Virus record (IMG/VR): IMGVR_UViG_3300009408_000001
Coordinates: 1 to 64,000 of that record
Length of the DNA: 64,000 nt
Strand: one strand, 5' to 3'
Source of the DNA: a virus
Part shown: piece by piece, positions 19,235 through 29,006 of the stretch
How positions within the stretch are numbered: the stretch's first letter is position 1
Layout of the letters: every line of letters begins with the position of its first letter
Notes under the pieces: generated by a model
Told to the model about the DNA's origin: nothing
Database searches by the model: none
Seen by the model: the letters and a program-made list of their open reading frames with translations, nothing else
Made by a program: the position numbers and the translations under genes

Positions 19235-19860
19235 TGAAAGGTAAGTTTATCGTAATCGAGGGACCGGATCATTCCGGTAAGTCCACGTTGCTTCACGGAC
19301 TGGAACAGTTGTTGTCCGATACGGCAACCTATAAGTTCACCCGTGAACCAGGTGGGTCTGCACTTGCGGAAGAAATACGAGCTGTATGGTTGTCCTCGGA
19401 GGGAGACGTGGTCCCGAGTGCCAGAACGGAACTGTTTCTAATGGCAGCAAGTAGATCTGACCACATCGAAAAGACCATTCTACCTGCAATGGCAGATGGG
19501 GTTACCGTGTTATCCTCCAGATACACTGACTCTACACTGGCGTATCAGGTAACCGGTGGCATGCCTGAAGCGATGGTAACCAACGTGATCAAGCAGTCAA
19601 CAGATGGACTCGTTCCTGAATTAACCATCCTGGTGGACATTGATGAGGAAACACGTCTACGGCGACATTCAGAACTGGCTTCCGCCGACTACATTGAAAA
19701 TAGGGGATCGGAGTTCCACATCCAGGTAAGGGAACAATACCTTGCTCTAGCTAAAATCAGTCCTGAGCGGTATTTGGTTATTCCAGGTACGCTACCGATA
19801 GAACAAGTACTGGCAAAGGCCATGTCCCGAATACTGGAAACGGTACACGGGAAAGGTTAA
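19234..19860 (+). CDS. tmk: Thymidylate kinase
   Basis: GKFIVIEGPDHSGKST P-loop, TREPGG, ELFLMAASR..H, RYTDSTLAYQ, PELTILVDID. Confidence 0.92.
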   Translation: MKGKFIVIEGPDHSGKSTLLHGLEQLLSDTATYKFTREPGGSALAEEIRAVWLSSEGDVVPSARTELFLMAASRSDHIEKTILPAMADGVTVLSSRYTDSTLAYQVTGGMPEAMVTNVIKQSTDGLVPELTILVDIDEETRLRRHSELASADYIENRGSEFHIQVREQYLALAKISPERYLVIPGTLPIEQVLAKAMSRILETVHGKG

Positions 19861-19916
19861 CCAACCAGCAGGGAGGAATTCCTCTCTGCTACACCACAAC
19901 TGGAGTTACAACGACC

Positions 19917-20225
19917 ATGAACACCAACCTTAAAAACGCGTTATCCTATTACGACTGTGTCATGGGAAACCATAATTTTTATGCCAAAGAAGGCACCCTA
20001 ACTCAGGCAATCGCGGTTGTGAAGTTTAAGAAACAACCGTTAGAGAACCACGAGGGTGAGAGGCCACTGGAACAAACCCTGGCCGAAGTAGAAGAGAACT
20101 TCGCTTCTGCGCTTGCAATGATCCGGGAACAGGGGATCGTTCCCGGGGATGAACCCGGTGTCGTTGCCGAGATGCAACGAGTAATCGCACCCTTGCGATT
20201 CTTGTTAGACTGCGACGAAGCATAA
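19917..20225 (+). CDS. Hypothetical protein
   Basis: 102-aa ORF, GGAG RBS, ends at a terminator. Confidence 0.6.
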   Translation: MNTNLKNALSYYDCVMGNHNFYAKEGTLTQAIAVVKFKKQPLENHEGERPLEQTLAEVEENFASALAMIREQGIVPGDEPGVVAEMQRVIAPLRFLLDCDEA

Positions 20226-20227
20226 AC

Positions 20228-20260
20228 AGGAGGCCCCCTTAACGGGGCCTCTTTCTTTTT
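20228..20260 (+). terminator. Intrinsic terminator (repeat family)
   Basis: aggaggcccc-cttaac-ggggcctct plus T tract. Confidence 0.8.
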
Positions 20261-20337
20261 TACCGTCTCACTCATATTTCAAACCTACATTACTACTATG
20301 AGGACGATCTTGTCCTAGTTATAGCTGGAGTAACACA
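20261..20337 (+). promoter_or_regulatory. Early promoter (variant)
   Basis: aaacctaCATTAC (20288-20293), aggac-gatctt-gtcct hairpin, GGAG RBS. Confidence 0.6.
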
Positions 20338-20811
20338 ATGAGTAAGACAATGCGTAAGAAACTAACCGTACCCACCGAACTGATTACAGAAATCAAGGAG
20401 GTGCAACACACCCTTCTAAATCTTAAGGGTGAAAAACCCATCGACCTGTTTAGGCTTCCAGCCGAACGGTTCATTAGGGAATCTCTGAAATTACTGGACC
20501 CGGGTAAGGATAAGGAACCTGGGACAGCGGAAGAGTACTACGAGTGCTTACCCTCTGACATTACTCCTGAACAAGCGGACTCTGTACATCTGCATGACCA
20601 ACGGTACATCCTAGCACAGAGTGTCGTTGGTAACCACGAGTGTGTCCTAGGGAACTTTGTTCCAGAGGTTCGCACTTCTGTGTATGTGACAAGTAGCTCG
20701 GGTCGAGGGGTCAGTTCCTCTATGACTCCGGCCCTACCAGAGCTTGGGGATAGGACCCCTGAAATTGCACACGTTGCAAGGGCTATTTACATGGGAGAAA
20801 ACAATGAGTAA
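20338..20811 (+). CDS. Paralogue A1 of the YYxxLP...VHxHD family
   Basis: EEYYECLPSDITPEQADSVHLHDQRY. Confidence 0.75.
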   Translation: MSKTMRKKLTVPTELITEIKEVQHTLLNLKGEKPIDLFRLPAERFIRESLKLLDPGKDKEPGTAEEYYECLPSDITPEQADSVHLHDQRYILAQSVVGNHECVLGNFVPEVRTSVYVTSSSGRGVSSSMTPALPELGDRTPEIAHVARAIYMGENNE

Positions 20812-21124
20812 AGTTTGGAAAGAAGCAGAAACGGCTTCAAAGGTAGCTGACGCGGCGGATGCAAAGTTAGAAATCGCCAAGGCAAAACTTCAAACGGTAA
20901 CTGAAAAAGTGGTTAGACACGTTATCGCTGAAGTTGGTCCTATGCCTCCCAATGCTTCCTATGTGGGAGAACGCAGGTACCATGGTAAGGTCCACTATGG
21001 CTGTTGTAGACTACTCTATACCGATGTGGATGTTATCGACGCACAAGCCTCCATGACTTCCCGCGATTTCGGATACCTTCGGAATGTCATCAATTCTGTA
21101 TTGGACGGAGAAAATAATGCGTAA
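20804..21124 (+). CDS. Protein B1 (helical N-terminus)
   Basis: ATG at 20804 overlapping the A1 stop, GGAGA RBS. Confidence 0.65.
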   Translation: MSKVWKEAETASKVADAADAKLEIAKAKLQTVTEKVVRHVIAEVGPMPPNASYVGERRYHGKVHYGCCRLLYTDVDVIDAQASMTSRDFGYLRNVINSVLDGENNA

Positions 21125-21581
21125 AGCAAAATTGACAGATGAAGAACTGGATTCCCTGATGGGTGAACTGGGTAGCAAGTTGTACACCCACACCAACCTG
21201 GTTACCCCAAACATGGATGCCGCTTTCCGTGAACCAGCTAGGTTGTTTTTGAAACAAGCCAAGGCGTACATGGCTCCTGCTGCTTCATTGCCCTTTGGGT
21301 CAAGGGAGGCCTACTACGCTTGTCTACCAGGAAAACTGACCAAAGAAACTGTAGATGCGGTACATACACATGACGACATGTACTTGAACTCTGCGTTCCT
21401 AACCGGGCACGGTTCGTACGACGAGCTGTGTGAAGTATCCATTGGTACTGGGACATCAGTGTTAGGCTATGAGACAGACGTTGTCCTGAAGGAGAATAAG
21501 CTCGAAGCCCTTAAGGGTTACACCCCGCAAATTATGGCGGCTGCCATCGACATTCTAGATGAGGACGAATCACGTGATTAA
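21117..21581 (+). CDS. Paralogue A2 of the YYxxLP...VHxHD family
   Basis: EAYYACLPGKLTKETVDAVHTHDDMY; ATG 21117 overlaps the B1 stop. Confidence 0.75.
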   Translation: MRKAKLTDEELDSLMGELGSKLYTHTNLVTPNMDAAFREPARLFLKQAKAYMAPAASLPFGSREAYYACLPGKLTKETVDAVHTHDDMYLNSAFLTGHGSYDELCEVSIGTGTSVLGYETDVVLKENKLEALKGYTPQIMAAAIDILDEDESRD

Positions 21582-21915
21582 TAAATCTGAAGCTAACGAA
21601 CTGGCCAGGTCAATTGACAAAGCAGTGGGTGTGTTCAAAGAGGAACAGCGGAAAAACAATCAGGTGATGGACAAGATCTACACGGTGTATAGTGAGGTTG
21701 CTATTCGTGCAACTGCACAACATGTGAAAAAACAGGCATGTACCGGGGGTGAGGACCCGACCACAGTTACCGGGATACTTGAGGAAGTCCACATCCGAAA
21801 CAGTGCGAGAGCCTATGTAATGGCAGCTGTGGTTACCAGGTCATTCCCACCTAATGGCATGGACGTTATCACCGACCGGGTAAAAGACGCAATGTGCGCA
21901 CTGAAGGACACCTAG
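21574..21915 (+). CDS. Protein B2 (helical)
   Basis: GTG at 21574 with GAGGA RBS, overlaps the A2 stop. Confidence 0.6.
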   Translation: MINKSEANELARSIDKAVGVFKEEQRKNNQVMDKIYTVYSEVAIRATAQHVKKQACTGGEDPTTVTGILEEVHIRNSARAYVMAAVVTRSFPPNGMDVITDRVKDAMCALKDT

Positions 21916-21916
21916 T

Positions 21917-22390
21917 ATGAAATCCACAGAACTGAGTAAAGATGTCGAGAAAGAACTCATTGCACTTAAGGACGCACTCCTGTGTCCACCTTCGGTAGTG
22001 AGTACCAGTATGTTCATCCCCGCAGCAAAGCGTTTGATCCATGAAACCGAAGTCATACTGAAACCGATTGGCGATGCAGTACCGGGTTCCATTGAGGCGT
22101 ACTACGCTTGTCTACCCGCTGGCTTAGACCCGAAGGTAGTAGACATGGTACACGACCACGATGCCCTGTATCTAACAGCAGGTGTGCTAGCCGCTGTTAC
22201 TTCGGAGTGTGACCCTGGCAATTACACCTCCATTGGTAAACAAATGCAGGTGGCTGTGGACAGTGGGGGAGGGCGAAAGTTTGTATATGGCGAAGCGTTA
22301 TTAGCGGTTCCTGGACTAGGAGACCACAGTGATACCGTTCTTTTGGAAGCAGTAGACCTGCTTGAGAAACAGTGCGAGGATGAGAAATGA
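21917..22390 (+). CDS. Paralogue A3 of the YYxxLP...VHxHD family
   Basis: EAYYACLPAGLDPKVVDMVHDHDALY. Confidence 0.75.
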   Translation: MKSTELSKDVEKELIALKDALLCPPSVVSTSMFIPAAKRLIHETEVILKPIGDAVPGSIEAYYACLPAGLDPKVVDMVHDHDALYLTAGVLAAVTSECDPGNYTSIGKQMQVAVDSGGGRKFVYGEALLAVPGLGDHSDTVLLEAVDLLEKQCEDEK

Positions 22391-22767
22391 GTACAACATG
22401 GGACGAGGTAGCTGAAGCTACAGCCGAATACGATTCCTTGGTAGCAGAAGAACTGAGACTGAAAGAGCGCATCCACAGTGTTTTAAAGAAGGTAGTTGCG
22501 GCACAGCCTGACGACCTGGACCAGGCGGAAAGAACGGTCGCAAGTGCATTATTCGTGGAGCAAGTGTTGGGTGAGTACGTTCCAGGTCCAGCCGAAAAGG
22601 TCAGCCTGACGAACAACGTAGCGCTGTTGGGACATCTAGAGCAGGTAGATCCCTCCCCGGCAGGTTGGAACACGGTCCATGTTCCAGGTATGGGGGGGTT
22701 ACATAAGCTTATCGCTGCTATGGAGGATGCTGAAGTGGCCCGAACGAGGAGAAACCAGGGGGAGTAA
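22387..22767 (+). CDS. Protein B3 (helical N-terminus)
   Basis: ATGA overlap with A3; N-terminus resembles B1 (MSTTWDEVAEA vs MSKVWKEAETA). Confidence 0.65.
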   Translation: MSTTWDEVAEATAEYDSLVAEELRLKERIHSVLKKVVAAQPDDLDQAERTVASALFVEQVLGEYVPGPAEKVSLTNNVALLGHLEQVDPSPAGWNTVHVPGMGGLHKLIAAMEDAEVARTRRNQGE

Positions 22768-22769
22768 AC

Positions 22770-23087
22770 ATGTCGGAGGAACAAACTAACCCCGAGTTTC
22801 TGACGACTCTCATGGGTACCATGAAGTCGATCTCAGCGGTAGAGGGGGATACGGTCGACCCAACAGAGTGGGACGATGCATATTACATCACCCTTCCTGA
22901 CGACATCACTATGGAAGTTGCTGATGCTGTTCACAAACACGACCAGAACTTCACTGTGGCGTCGAATATCGCATCCACACACATGGGAGTACCTTCTCCC
23001 GGGAAACGGTGTGGTACTCCACAACCCCAACCCAGTGTCGACATCGTAGCAATGTGTCTAGAGATACTGGACAAGTACAAAACATAA
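22770..23087 (+). CDS. Paralogue A4 of the YYxxLP...VHxHD family (short)
   Basis: DAYYITLPDDITMEVADAVHKHDQNF. Confidence 0.7.
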   Translation: MSEEQTNPEFLTTLMGTMKSISAVEGDTVDPTEWDDAYYITLPDDITMEVADAVHKHDQNFTVASNIASTHMGVPSPGKRCGTPQPQPSVDIVAMCLEILDKYKT

Positions 23088-23139
23088 CGTACACCCCCAG
23101 GTAGGAATCCTTCCTACCTGTAACCTTGAAGGAAATACA

Positions 23140-23931
23140 ATGACAACACCTAGTCAACATGCAGTTCGTTTTAGCAGTAATATGGAACCCGTTGTAAATG
23201 GGAAGTATTCCGTTGTATTAGGAGGTAATGCCGATCTCCTCCTTATGAAGGGCGATGAGTTGCTGAACCGTATCTCCTATGTCACAATTGCAGATGGTAG
23301 TTGGGGCATTGGGTTTATTGTGATGATGTCGGGTGACAAACATGTCTGTGTGGGTACCGGTAAGGCTGGAGTTAACACGGGTTTCCGTATCCGTATGGTT
23401 GAACTGGCAACCGGTGTAGTGACTGGTCAGGTTTACGTCACACTGCCTGTGACTGGTAGAATTCCAGGTACTTACTTAGACCGGTTACTGGCACTGTCTA
23501 CCCGCAGTATTTATGACCGGACAAAGGACATTGGGTTACCCGGGTTGTTCACCAAGAAGAAGAGCTACACGTCTAAGTCGTTCACAGAGAACACCTTACT
23601 GCCTTCTTCTGGGGATTCGGCGGTGATTTATCTTAACAACTGTAGACAACTTGGAGTACGTCTACACAACGACAAGGTGGTGTGCATTACAGACTTACTC
23701 GGTGTTAAGGAGACCCCTTCTACCGGTGGGGTAGTGTATGACGATAACGGTTTGGTGGTGGCATACTACCACCCATACCGGGGTGACCGTAGAAACGTGA
23801 AGATCATCAATGCTACCACGGGCATGTGTTACGGCAGCCTTAGCATCTGGCGTCCTGGTGCAAGTCTGTCTGGAACGGTGTTGTCGTCGGTTTGTAGGGA
23901 TCTTATATCACTACAAGTACCCAAAGCGTAG
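23140..23931 (+). CDS. Hypothetical protein
   Basis: 263-aa ORF, AAGGA RBS. Confidence 0.65.
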   Translation: MTTPSQHAVRFSSNMEPVVNGKYSVVLGGNADLLLMKGDELLNRISYVTIADGSWGIGFIVMMSGDKHVCVGTGKAGVNTGFRIRMVELATGVVTGQVYVTLPVTGRIPGTYLDRLLALSTRSIYDRTKDIGLPGLFTKKKSYTSKSFTENTLLPSSGDSAVIYLNNCRQLGVRLHNDKVVCITDLLGVKETPSTGGVVYDDNGLVVAYYHPYRGDRRNVKIINATTGMCYGSLSIWRPGASLSGTVLSSVCRDLISLQVPKA

Positions 23932-23941
23932 TCAGTTAACG

Positions 23942-23966
23942 AGAGGGAGTAACTTCCCTCTTTTTT
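23942..23966 (+). terminator. Intrinsic terminator
   Basis: agagggag-taa-cttccctct plus T tract. Confidence 0.6.
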
Positions 23967-23976
23967 GGAGTAAGCC

Positions 23977-24510
23977 ATGGCAACAAGTAAGTCACCTGAT
24001 CTATCTCCGTGGATTAGGGTGTTGAACAGTGTGGAGGATATGGTCCCACATCACACACGTATGAAGGAGAGTAGGCGAACCGGGTTGATCGAAACCGATG
24101 CACCACACATGGGCCTGTGGGTAAATTGGGATGGGAAGTCAAAAGTTACCGTGACCGGGTGTACTAAGAACCCACTGGGTAAGGAAGCCAATGTCTTGTA
24201 CGGTAAAGACATCTTCCCCTTGACGTGTTTTTACTATGTGGATAGTAATGAGTTGTCTGGCGAGATTGGACTGTTACCCATGGTACCAACCATGCCGGTC
24301 TTATTCATACACGACAACCGACTTGCACAGTTGTTTGAAGAGGCGCGTTATTACCGGGGAATATTCACCAGTGTCAACGGGGTAGTGTTTGTTAAGTTCG
24401 TAAAACGCCATCACGGTACGGTACTAAACGATGCGAATCTGGTAAGACCGGAACCCCCTTGGATTGTACGGGTGAAGCGCGGTTTGAAGAAGGCAATATT
24501 TAGACGATAA
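23977..24510 (+). CDS. Hypothetical protein
   Basis: 177-aa ORF, GGAG RBS. Confidence 0.65.
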   Translation: MATSKSPDLSPWIRVLNSVEDMVPHHTRMKESRRTGLIETDAPHMGLWVNWDGKSKVTVTGCTKNPLGKEANVLYGKDIFPLTCFYYVDSNELSGEIGLLPMVPTMPVLFIHDNRLAQLFEEARYYRGIFTSVNGVVFVKFVKRHHGTVLNDANLVRPEPPWIVRVKRGLKKAIFRR

Positions 24511-24552
24511 GCTGAGCGGACTTGTCCGCTTTCCTTATGCTGTTATCTATAA

Positions 24553-26625
24553 ATGAGTGACCAAATTTATACATGGGAGAATGTAATGACTAAAGGCAAA
24601 CGAGATAAACGCAAAGAACAACACCGGGAGGAGTACCTAGAAGGAAAACTCCTTAAAGCCCACCGAGATTACTACAACGGGGATGAATGCGAGTTCACTG
24701 ACAAAGAGTACGAGTCACTCAAACGCCGTTACCTGAGTCTGTGTACACAGAATGCCAGTACACCTAACCCAGACATCGTAGAACGTGTAGGTGCGGCTGT
24801 AGACACCAGTGTGGACAAGGTAGCACATACCTCACCGATGTTATCACTGGATAACGTGTTTAGCGAAGACGAGCTACGAGATTGGGTGTTGAAGTGCCGC
24901 GAAACACTGGGAAAGGATTCTCACTTCTCGGTTGAACCTAAATACGACGGACTTGCTGTAGAGGCAGTTTATATCGCAGGTAAGTTAACTCGGTTGAGTA
25001 CCCGTGGAGATGGGGTTACAGGGGAATCGGTCCTGTACAACGCAGGAACAGTAGATGGCCTGCCCACGTTTCTACACCGGAAAGCCCGTGACCTGCCTCG
25101 AGTGGTTACAATACGGGGTGAAGTCGTAATGACCGCTAAGGACATGAAGGAAGAAAACCACCTACGAGTCCAACAGGGGAGTCGTCCGTACTCCAACACA
25201 CGAAATGCAGCGGCGGGTGCATTGCGTAGGTCAAACAGCGAGAGCCCCCTGACCTTCTATCCGTATGAAATGTCTCCTCCCGTTGGCGACTCTTATACGG
25301 ATACGATCAAAGAGACCTACGAGCTACTTGGACTAGGTGCAAGATATGTCGACATGTACCTTCCCACCATAGGGGAGTACTCGCGTGACTTAGATGTGTC
25401 TCGGCCACTGGAAGATGACGCCACGGTTCCACTGGATGGGTACGTTATAAAGGTTACACCCTTGGTTGACCAGATTTCACTGGGCAAGACCACTAGGGTA
25501 CCACGGTGGGCCATCGCCTTAAAGTTCGAGGAGATAGAAGAAACCGCTGAAGTACTGTCTGTGATATGGCAGGTAGGTAGAACGGGTGCAATCAGTCCAG
25601 TAGCCAGACTTACACCAACGCCTGTTTCAGGGGTAACCGTTACCCGTGCTACGCTTGCCAACCTACATGTCCTTAAGACAAAGGGGATTATGGTAGGTGC
25701 TATTGTGGGTTTGCAACGCGCGGGTGGTGTAGTCCCTGAGATTACCCGAGTGATTGACTACCCGGAAGATGCAGCAGAAGTGGTTATCCCAACGGTTTGT
25801 CCATCCTGTGGAGGTGGTGTAAGTACGTTGCCATCGGCAGATGGGAAGGTCGAGAAGATGCACCTTGTATGTTCTACAGGTATTGCCTGTCCCGCACGGG
25901 CCACAGGAGAGCTTCTCAAGCTTACATCTCGTCCCGTGTTAAATGTGTTAGGGATTGGGAAAGTAGCGGCTGACAAGTTAACAGGAGCCCCCTGGTGGGT
26001 AGATGCGTACAGTATCTTTACCTGTGACTTAGGGAAGCTGACGGAAAGAGGCATTGGGCACGCTGACGCGGTTAAGATCCTGGCTAACCTGGAGAAGGCT
26101 ACGAATACCGATCTGGCTAAATTCATACTGGCACTTGGAATAGACCATGTAGGAAAGTCACTTTCTCCTAAGGTAGCCGAGCACTTTCAGAACCTGGAAG
26201 AGTTCACCCATGCTACGGTGAGTGACTTGCTCGAGGTAAGTGACCTAGGTGAGGAAATTGCAGAATCAATCGTAGCCTTCTTCAAGAGTGATTTTGGAAA
26301 ACGGAGGTTGGATGGTCTTATTACTGCTGGGTTAAGTTACGGGTTCAAAGGCATTGTCAGGGCCACGGACACTCCGTTGTATGGTAAATCGGTTTGCATT
26401 ACCGGTAAGTTCTACAAGAACAGGGAGGAGATAGCAGATGACTTAAAGAAAATGGGAGCAACCGTCACGAGCAATGTGTCCGCTAAGACATGGGGCATTG
26501 TGCTAGGAGAAAAGCCATCCGCAGCTAAGGTGGCAAAAGCAAACAAACTGTCCACTGTGTCATTTACCTTCGGTCCCCCAGAAGGACACGATGGCATGTG
26601 GGACACGGTAAAACTAATGGGTTAA
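24553..26625 (+). CDS. ligA: NAD-dependent DNA ligase
   Basis: HTSPMLSLDN, EPKYDGLA (KxDG), TRGDG..GE, NTRNAAAG, DGYVIK, PRWAIALKF, QVGRTG, Zn finger CPSC...C...C, HhH repeats, BRCT (CITG). Confidence 0.96.
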   Translation: MSDQIYTWENVMTKGKRDKRKEQHREEYLEGKLLKAHRDYYNGDECEFTDKEYESLKRRYLSLCTQNASTPNPDIVERVGAAVDTSVDKVAHTSPMLSLDNVFSEDELRDWVLKCRETLGKDSHFSVEPKYDGLAVEAVYIAGKLTRLSTRGDGVTGESVLYNAGTVDGLPTFLHRKARDLPRVVTIRGEVVMTAKDMKEENHLRVQQGSRPYSNTRNAAAGALRRSNSESPLTFYPYEMSPPVGDSYTDTIKETYELLGLGARYVDMYLPTIGEYSRDLDVSRPLEDDATVPLDGYVIKVTPLVDQISLGKTTRVPRWAIALKFEEIEETAEVLSVIWQVGRTGAISPVARLTPTPVSGVTVTRATLANLHVLKTKGIMVGAIVGLQRAGGVVPEITRVIDYPEDAAEVVIPTVCPSCGGGVSTLPSADGKVEKMHLVCSTGIACPARATGELLKLTSRPVLNVLGIGKVAADKLTGAPWWVDAYSIFTCDLGKLTERGIGHADAVKILANLEKATNTDLAKFILALGIDHVGKSLSPKVAEHFQNLEEFTHATVSDLLEVSDLGEEIAESIVAFFKSDFGKRRLDGLITAGLSYGFKGIVRATDTPLYGKSVCITGKFYKNREEIADDLKKMGATVTSNVSAKTWGIVLGEKPSAAKVAKANKLSTVSFTFGPPEGHDGMWDTVKLMG

Positions 26626-26634
26626 GGAATACAC

Positions 26635-27030
26635 ATGGTTAAGAAGAGTTCACTGCGGTGTGCCATAGAAGAGGCTGCCAGGAACAGCGGGATGTCGTAT
26701 GCGGAGGTGGCCAGTGGTTGTGGCCTCACCCTTAAACGCATGACGAACATGCTTAACGGAAACGCCAGTATGACGTTAACCGAGTCGGATACAATCTGTT
26801 ACACTGCTGGGTTAGAACGGGGTGTAGGGCGGTACCTGTTTGAGCGACTCATCCGTGATACAGGACACTTCAGTATGGATCTCTCTAAGGTATCGGCCGC
26901 ACTGAGATCTGAACTCGTCTCTTCAATAATGGCACCGTACCACACACAGGGGGTAGCTATTTCAGGAGAAGCACTTTCCACGGGTAAGCGACGTGGGGCA
27001 CCCTGTCCTGCCCAACCATCCCTTTTCTAA
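26635..27030 (+). CDS. XRE-like HTH protein
   Basis: LRCAIEEAARNSGMSYAEVASGCGLTLKRMTNMLNG. Confidence 0.7.
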   Translation: MVKKSSLRCAIEEAARNSGMSYAEVASGCGLTLKRMTNMLNGNASMTLTESDTICYTAGLERGVGRYLFERLIRDTGHFSMDLSKVSAALRSELVSSIMAPYHTQGVAISGEALSTGKRRGAPCPAQPSLF

Positions 27031-27050
27031 CAAGTCCTCGAGGAGGTCAC

Positions 27051-28235
27051 ATGGCTTTTACGAAAGCAATAGGGGTGGATTTACTGACACCACCCCAGGA
27101 GAAAGAGAACACACTGGCAAATGCTACCCAGGACATAATCGACAGCTGGGACATCCCTATCATGAACTGTGATAAGGAAGAGGAAAAGGTAGCGTCGGTT
27201 ATGTCAGGTGGTGATATTTCTACGGAAGCAGTCAGTGCCTCAGACAAGCGGATTGTAAACGGCACTTCTGACATTAACCAACTAGCACCGTTTAAGTACA
27301 AATGGGCCTGGAGCTATTTCCTAAACGCCAACAAGAATCACTGGACGCCCTTGGACGTCAACATGACTCAGGACATTGCTGACTACAATCAGAACCTGTC
27401 TGAGGTAGAGAAACACGTTTACTCTACGGTGTTGTCCTACCTCACGACCTCTGACATCATTGCAATGCGGAATATTGCGATTGCGGTTATGGAAAAGATG
27501 TCTGCCCCTGAGTTACAGATCTACCAGGCCAGACAGATTTACGAGGAGGCACTACATAGTTGGACATATCAGCATTGTATTGAAACTATCGGTTTAGACC
27601 AGAAAGAAGTCTACAATCGGTACCGGGTTGTACCCGCTATTAACGCTAAGATCCAATTGGCTAATAAGAAGATGAACGCGATCATGGATCCGGACATTGA
27701 CTTGAAGACACCAGAAGGGTTACGTGCGTTCCTGATGGGGTATATTTTCTTTGCAGCGGTATTTGAAGGGACCTGGTTCTACAATGGATTCGCCCCGATA
27801 TTTGCACTCCAACGCCGAGGTAAGATGAAAGGTACTGCTGAACAATTACAGTACATCATGCGAGATGAAGTAATGCACTGTAGTTTTGGCATCCGTGTCT
27901 GTAAGAACATCATGGCGGAAGAGAACATTGTTCCTGATCCAGCTGAGATTTCCAAGATGTGGAAAGAGGCAGAGGCAGCCGAGCACCTGTACGCCAGTCA
28001 CCTGTTACGTAACCCACTCTTGGGGTACAACTTAGAACAGCACATGGACCAATTTAGGTTCACAGCGAATCGACGATCCAGAAGCTTAGGCTTCGAGGAG
28101 CCCTATCCGGGTGCAATAGACGCAATGCCTTGGTTGGACGAACAATCGAACATGCGTAAAGAGAAGAACTTTTTCGAGACACGGGTTACGGAGTATCAAA
28201 CCGGATCTGCGTTGGAATGGAAAGAAGACAAGTAA
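27051..28235 (+). CDS. nrdB: Ribonucleotide reductase class I beta subunit
   Basis: W.PLDVNM..D, TTSD, EEALHSWTY (ExxH plus radical Tyr), FEGTWFYNGF, RDEVMH, NFFETRVTEY. Confidence 0.95.
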   Translation: MAFTKAIGVDLLTPPQEKENTLANATQDIIDSWDIPIMNCDKEEEKVASVMSGGDISTEAVSASDKRIVNGTSDINQLAPFKYKWAWSYFLNANKNHWTPLDVNMTQDIADYNQNLSEVEKHVYSTVLSYLTTSDIIAMRNIAIAVMEKMSAPELQIYQARQIYEEALHSWTYQHCIETIGLDQKEVYNRYRVVPAINAKIQLANKKMNAIMDPDIDLKTPEGLRAFLMGYIFFAAVFEGTWFYNGFAPIFALQRRGKMKGTAEQLQYIMRDEVMHCSFGIRVCKNIMAEENIVPDPAEISKMWKEAEAAEHLYASHLLRNPLLGYNLEQHMDQFRFTANRRSRSLGFEEPYPGAIDAMPWLDEQSNMRKEKNFFETRVTEYQTGSALEWKEDK

Positions 28236-28281
28236 ACCACCGGGTACCCATTTCGGGTACCTTAACCTAGAAGAGAATAAC

Positions 28282-28947
28282 ATGAACGAAAATACACCTA
28301 GAAACCACTTCGGTACCCGTTTGCAAGCAGCCTTGGCCTTCCATGGCGAAGACACCAAATGGTTGTCATCGGTGACAGGTATCCCACGGGGTACTCTAAA
28401 CAAGTACCTTTGTAATGATAAGTGCCCAACGAACGGTAATGGTTGGGAGTTAGCAGTAGGTTTGGGCACCACCAGCGCGTGGATGGAATCCGGTTGCAGT
28501 ACCCTGGTTTACTATTCGGGTGTAATCGCTTCGTTCAACAACGACCAATACGACATGGTTAAGGCAATCAAACATCTCATGGGTCTCAAGGGGGCCAACG
28601 TAAAGAACGTGTCAAACCTGTCTGTTCATCTGGTTAACCGAATGATGGACAAATCCGAATACAGTTTCGAAACATTAAAACGGTACCTGGACGCTGTCGA
28701 CATTCCAATGGGAGAGGTTATCGCCGCACAACCCAACATGACCCCACTGTCCGACAAGGAGATTTACCTGTACAGTGCGCTCATGGAAAAGAAAGGTAAC
28801 ACTTACGTGTGTCGGTTAACCGGTAAGAGTTATTGGGTGTGCATGGATGATGGCGGTTCGTACAAAGTGTGTGGTAAACAGTTGCGTAAAATGCGTAAAG
28901 AGGGATTGTTCACCGCGTCAACCATGGTCGTCAAAAACCGTAAGTAA
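28282..28947 (+). CDS. XRE-like tandem HTH protein
   Basis: FGTRLQAAL...LSSVTGIPRGTLNKYL...LAVGLGTTSAWMESG plus a second HTH-like segment. Confidence 0.7.
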   Translation: MNENTPRNHFGTRLQAALAFHGEDTKWLSSVTGIPRGTLNKYLCNDKCPTNGNGWELAVGLGTTSAWMESGCSTLVYYSGVIASFNNDQYDMVKAIKHLMGLKGANVKNVSNLSVHLVNRMMDKSEYSFETLKRYLDAVDIPMGEVIAAQPNMTPLSDKEIYLYSALMEKKGNTYVCRLTGKSYWVCMDDGGSYKVCGKQLRKMRKEGLFTASTMVVKNRK

Positions 28948-29006
28948 ACAACGGCATAAACACCAGGGGCAATCCGCCCCTGGCATATGCTTAAATCGGA
29001 GTACAC

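Noticed and set aside
27051-28235. Tyrosine-less (class Ic) RNR beta subunit
   Set aside because: EEALHSWTY keeps the radical tyrosine and the first metal ligand is Asp.
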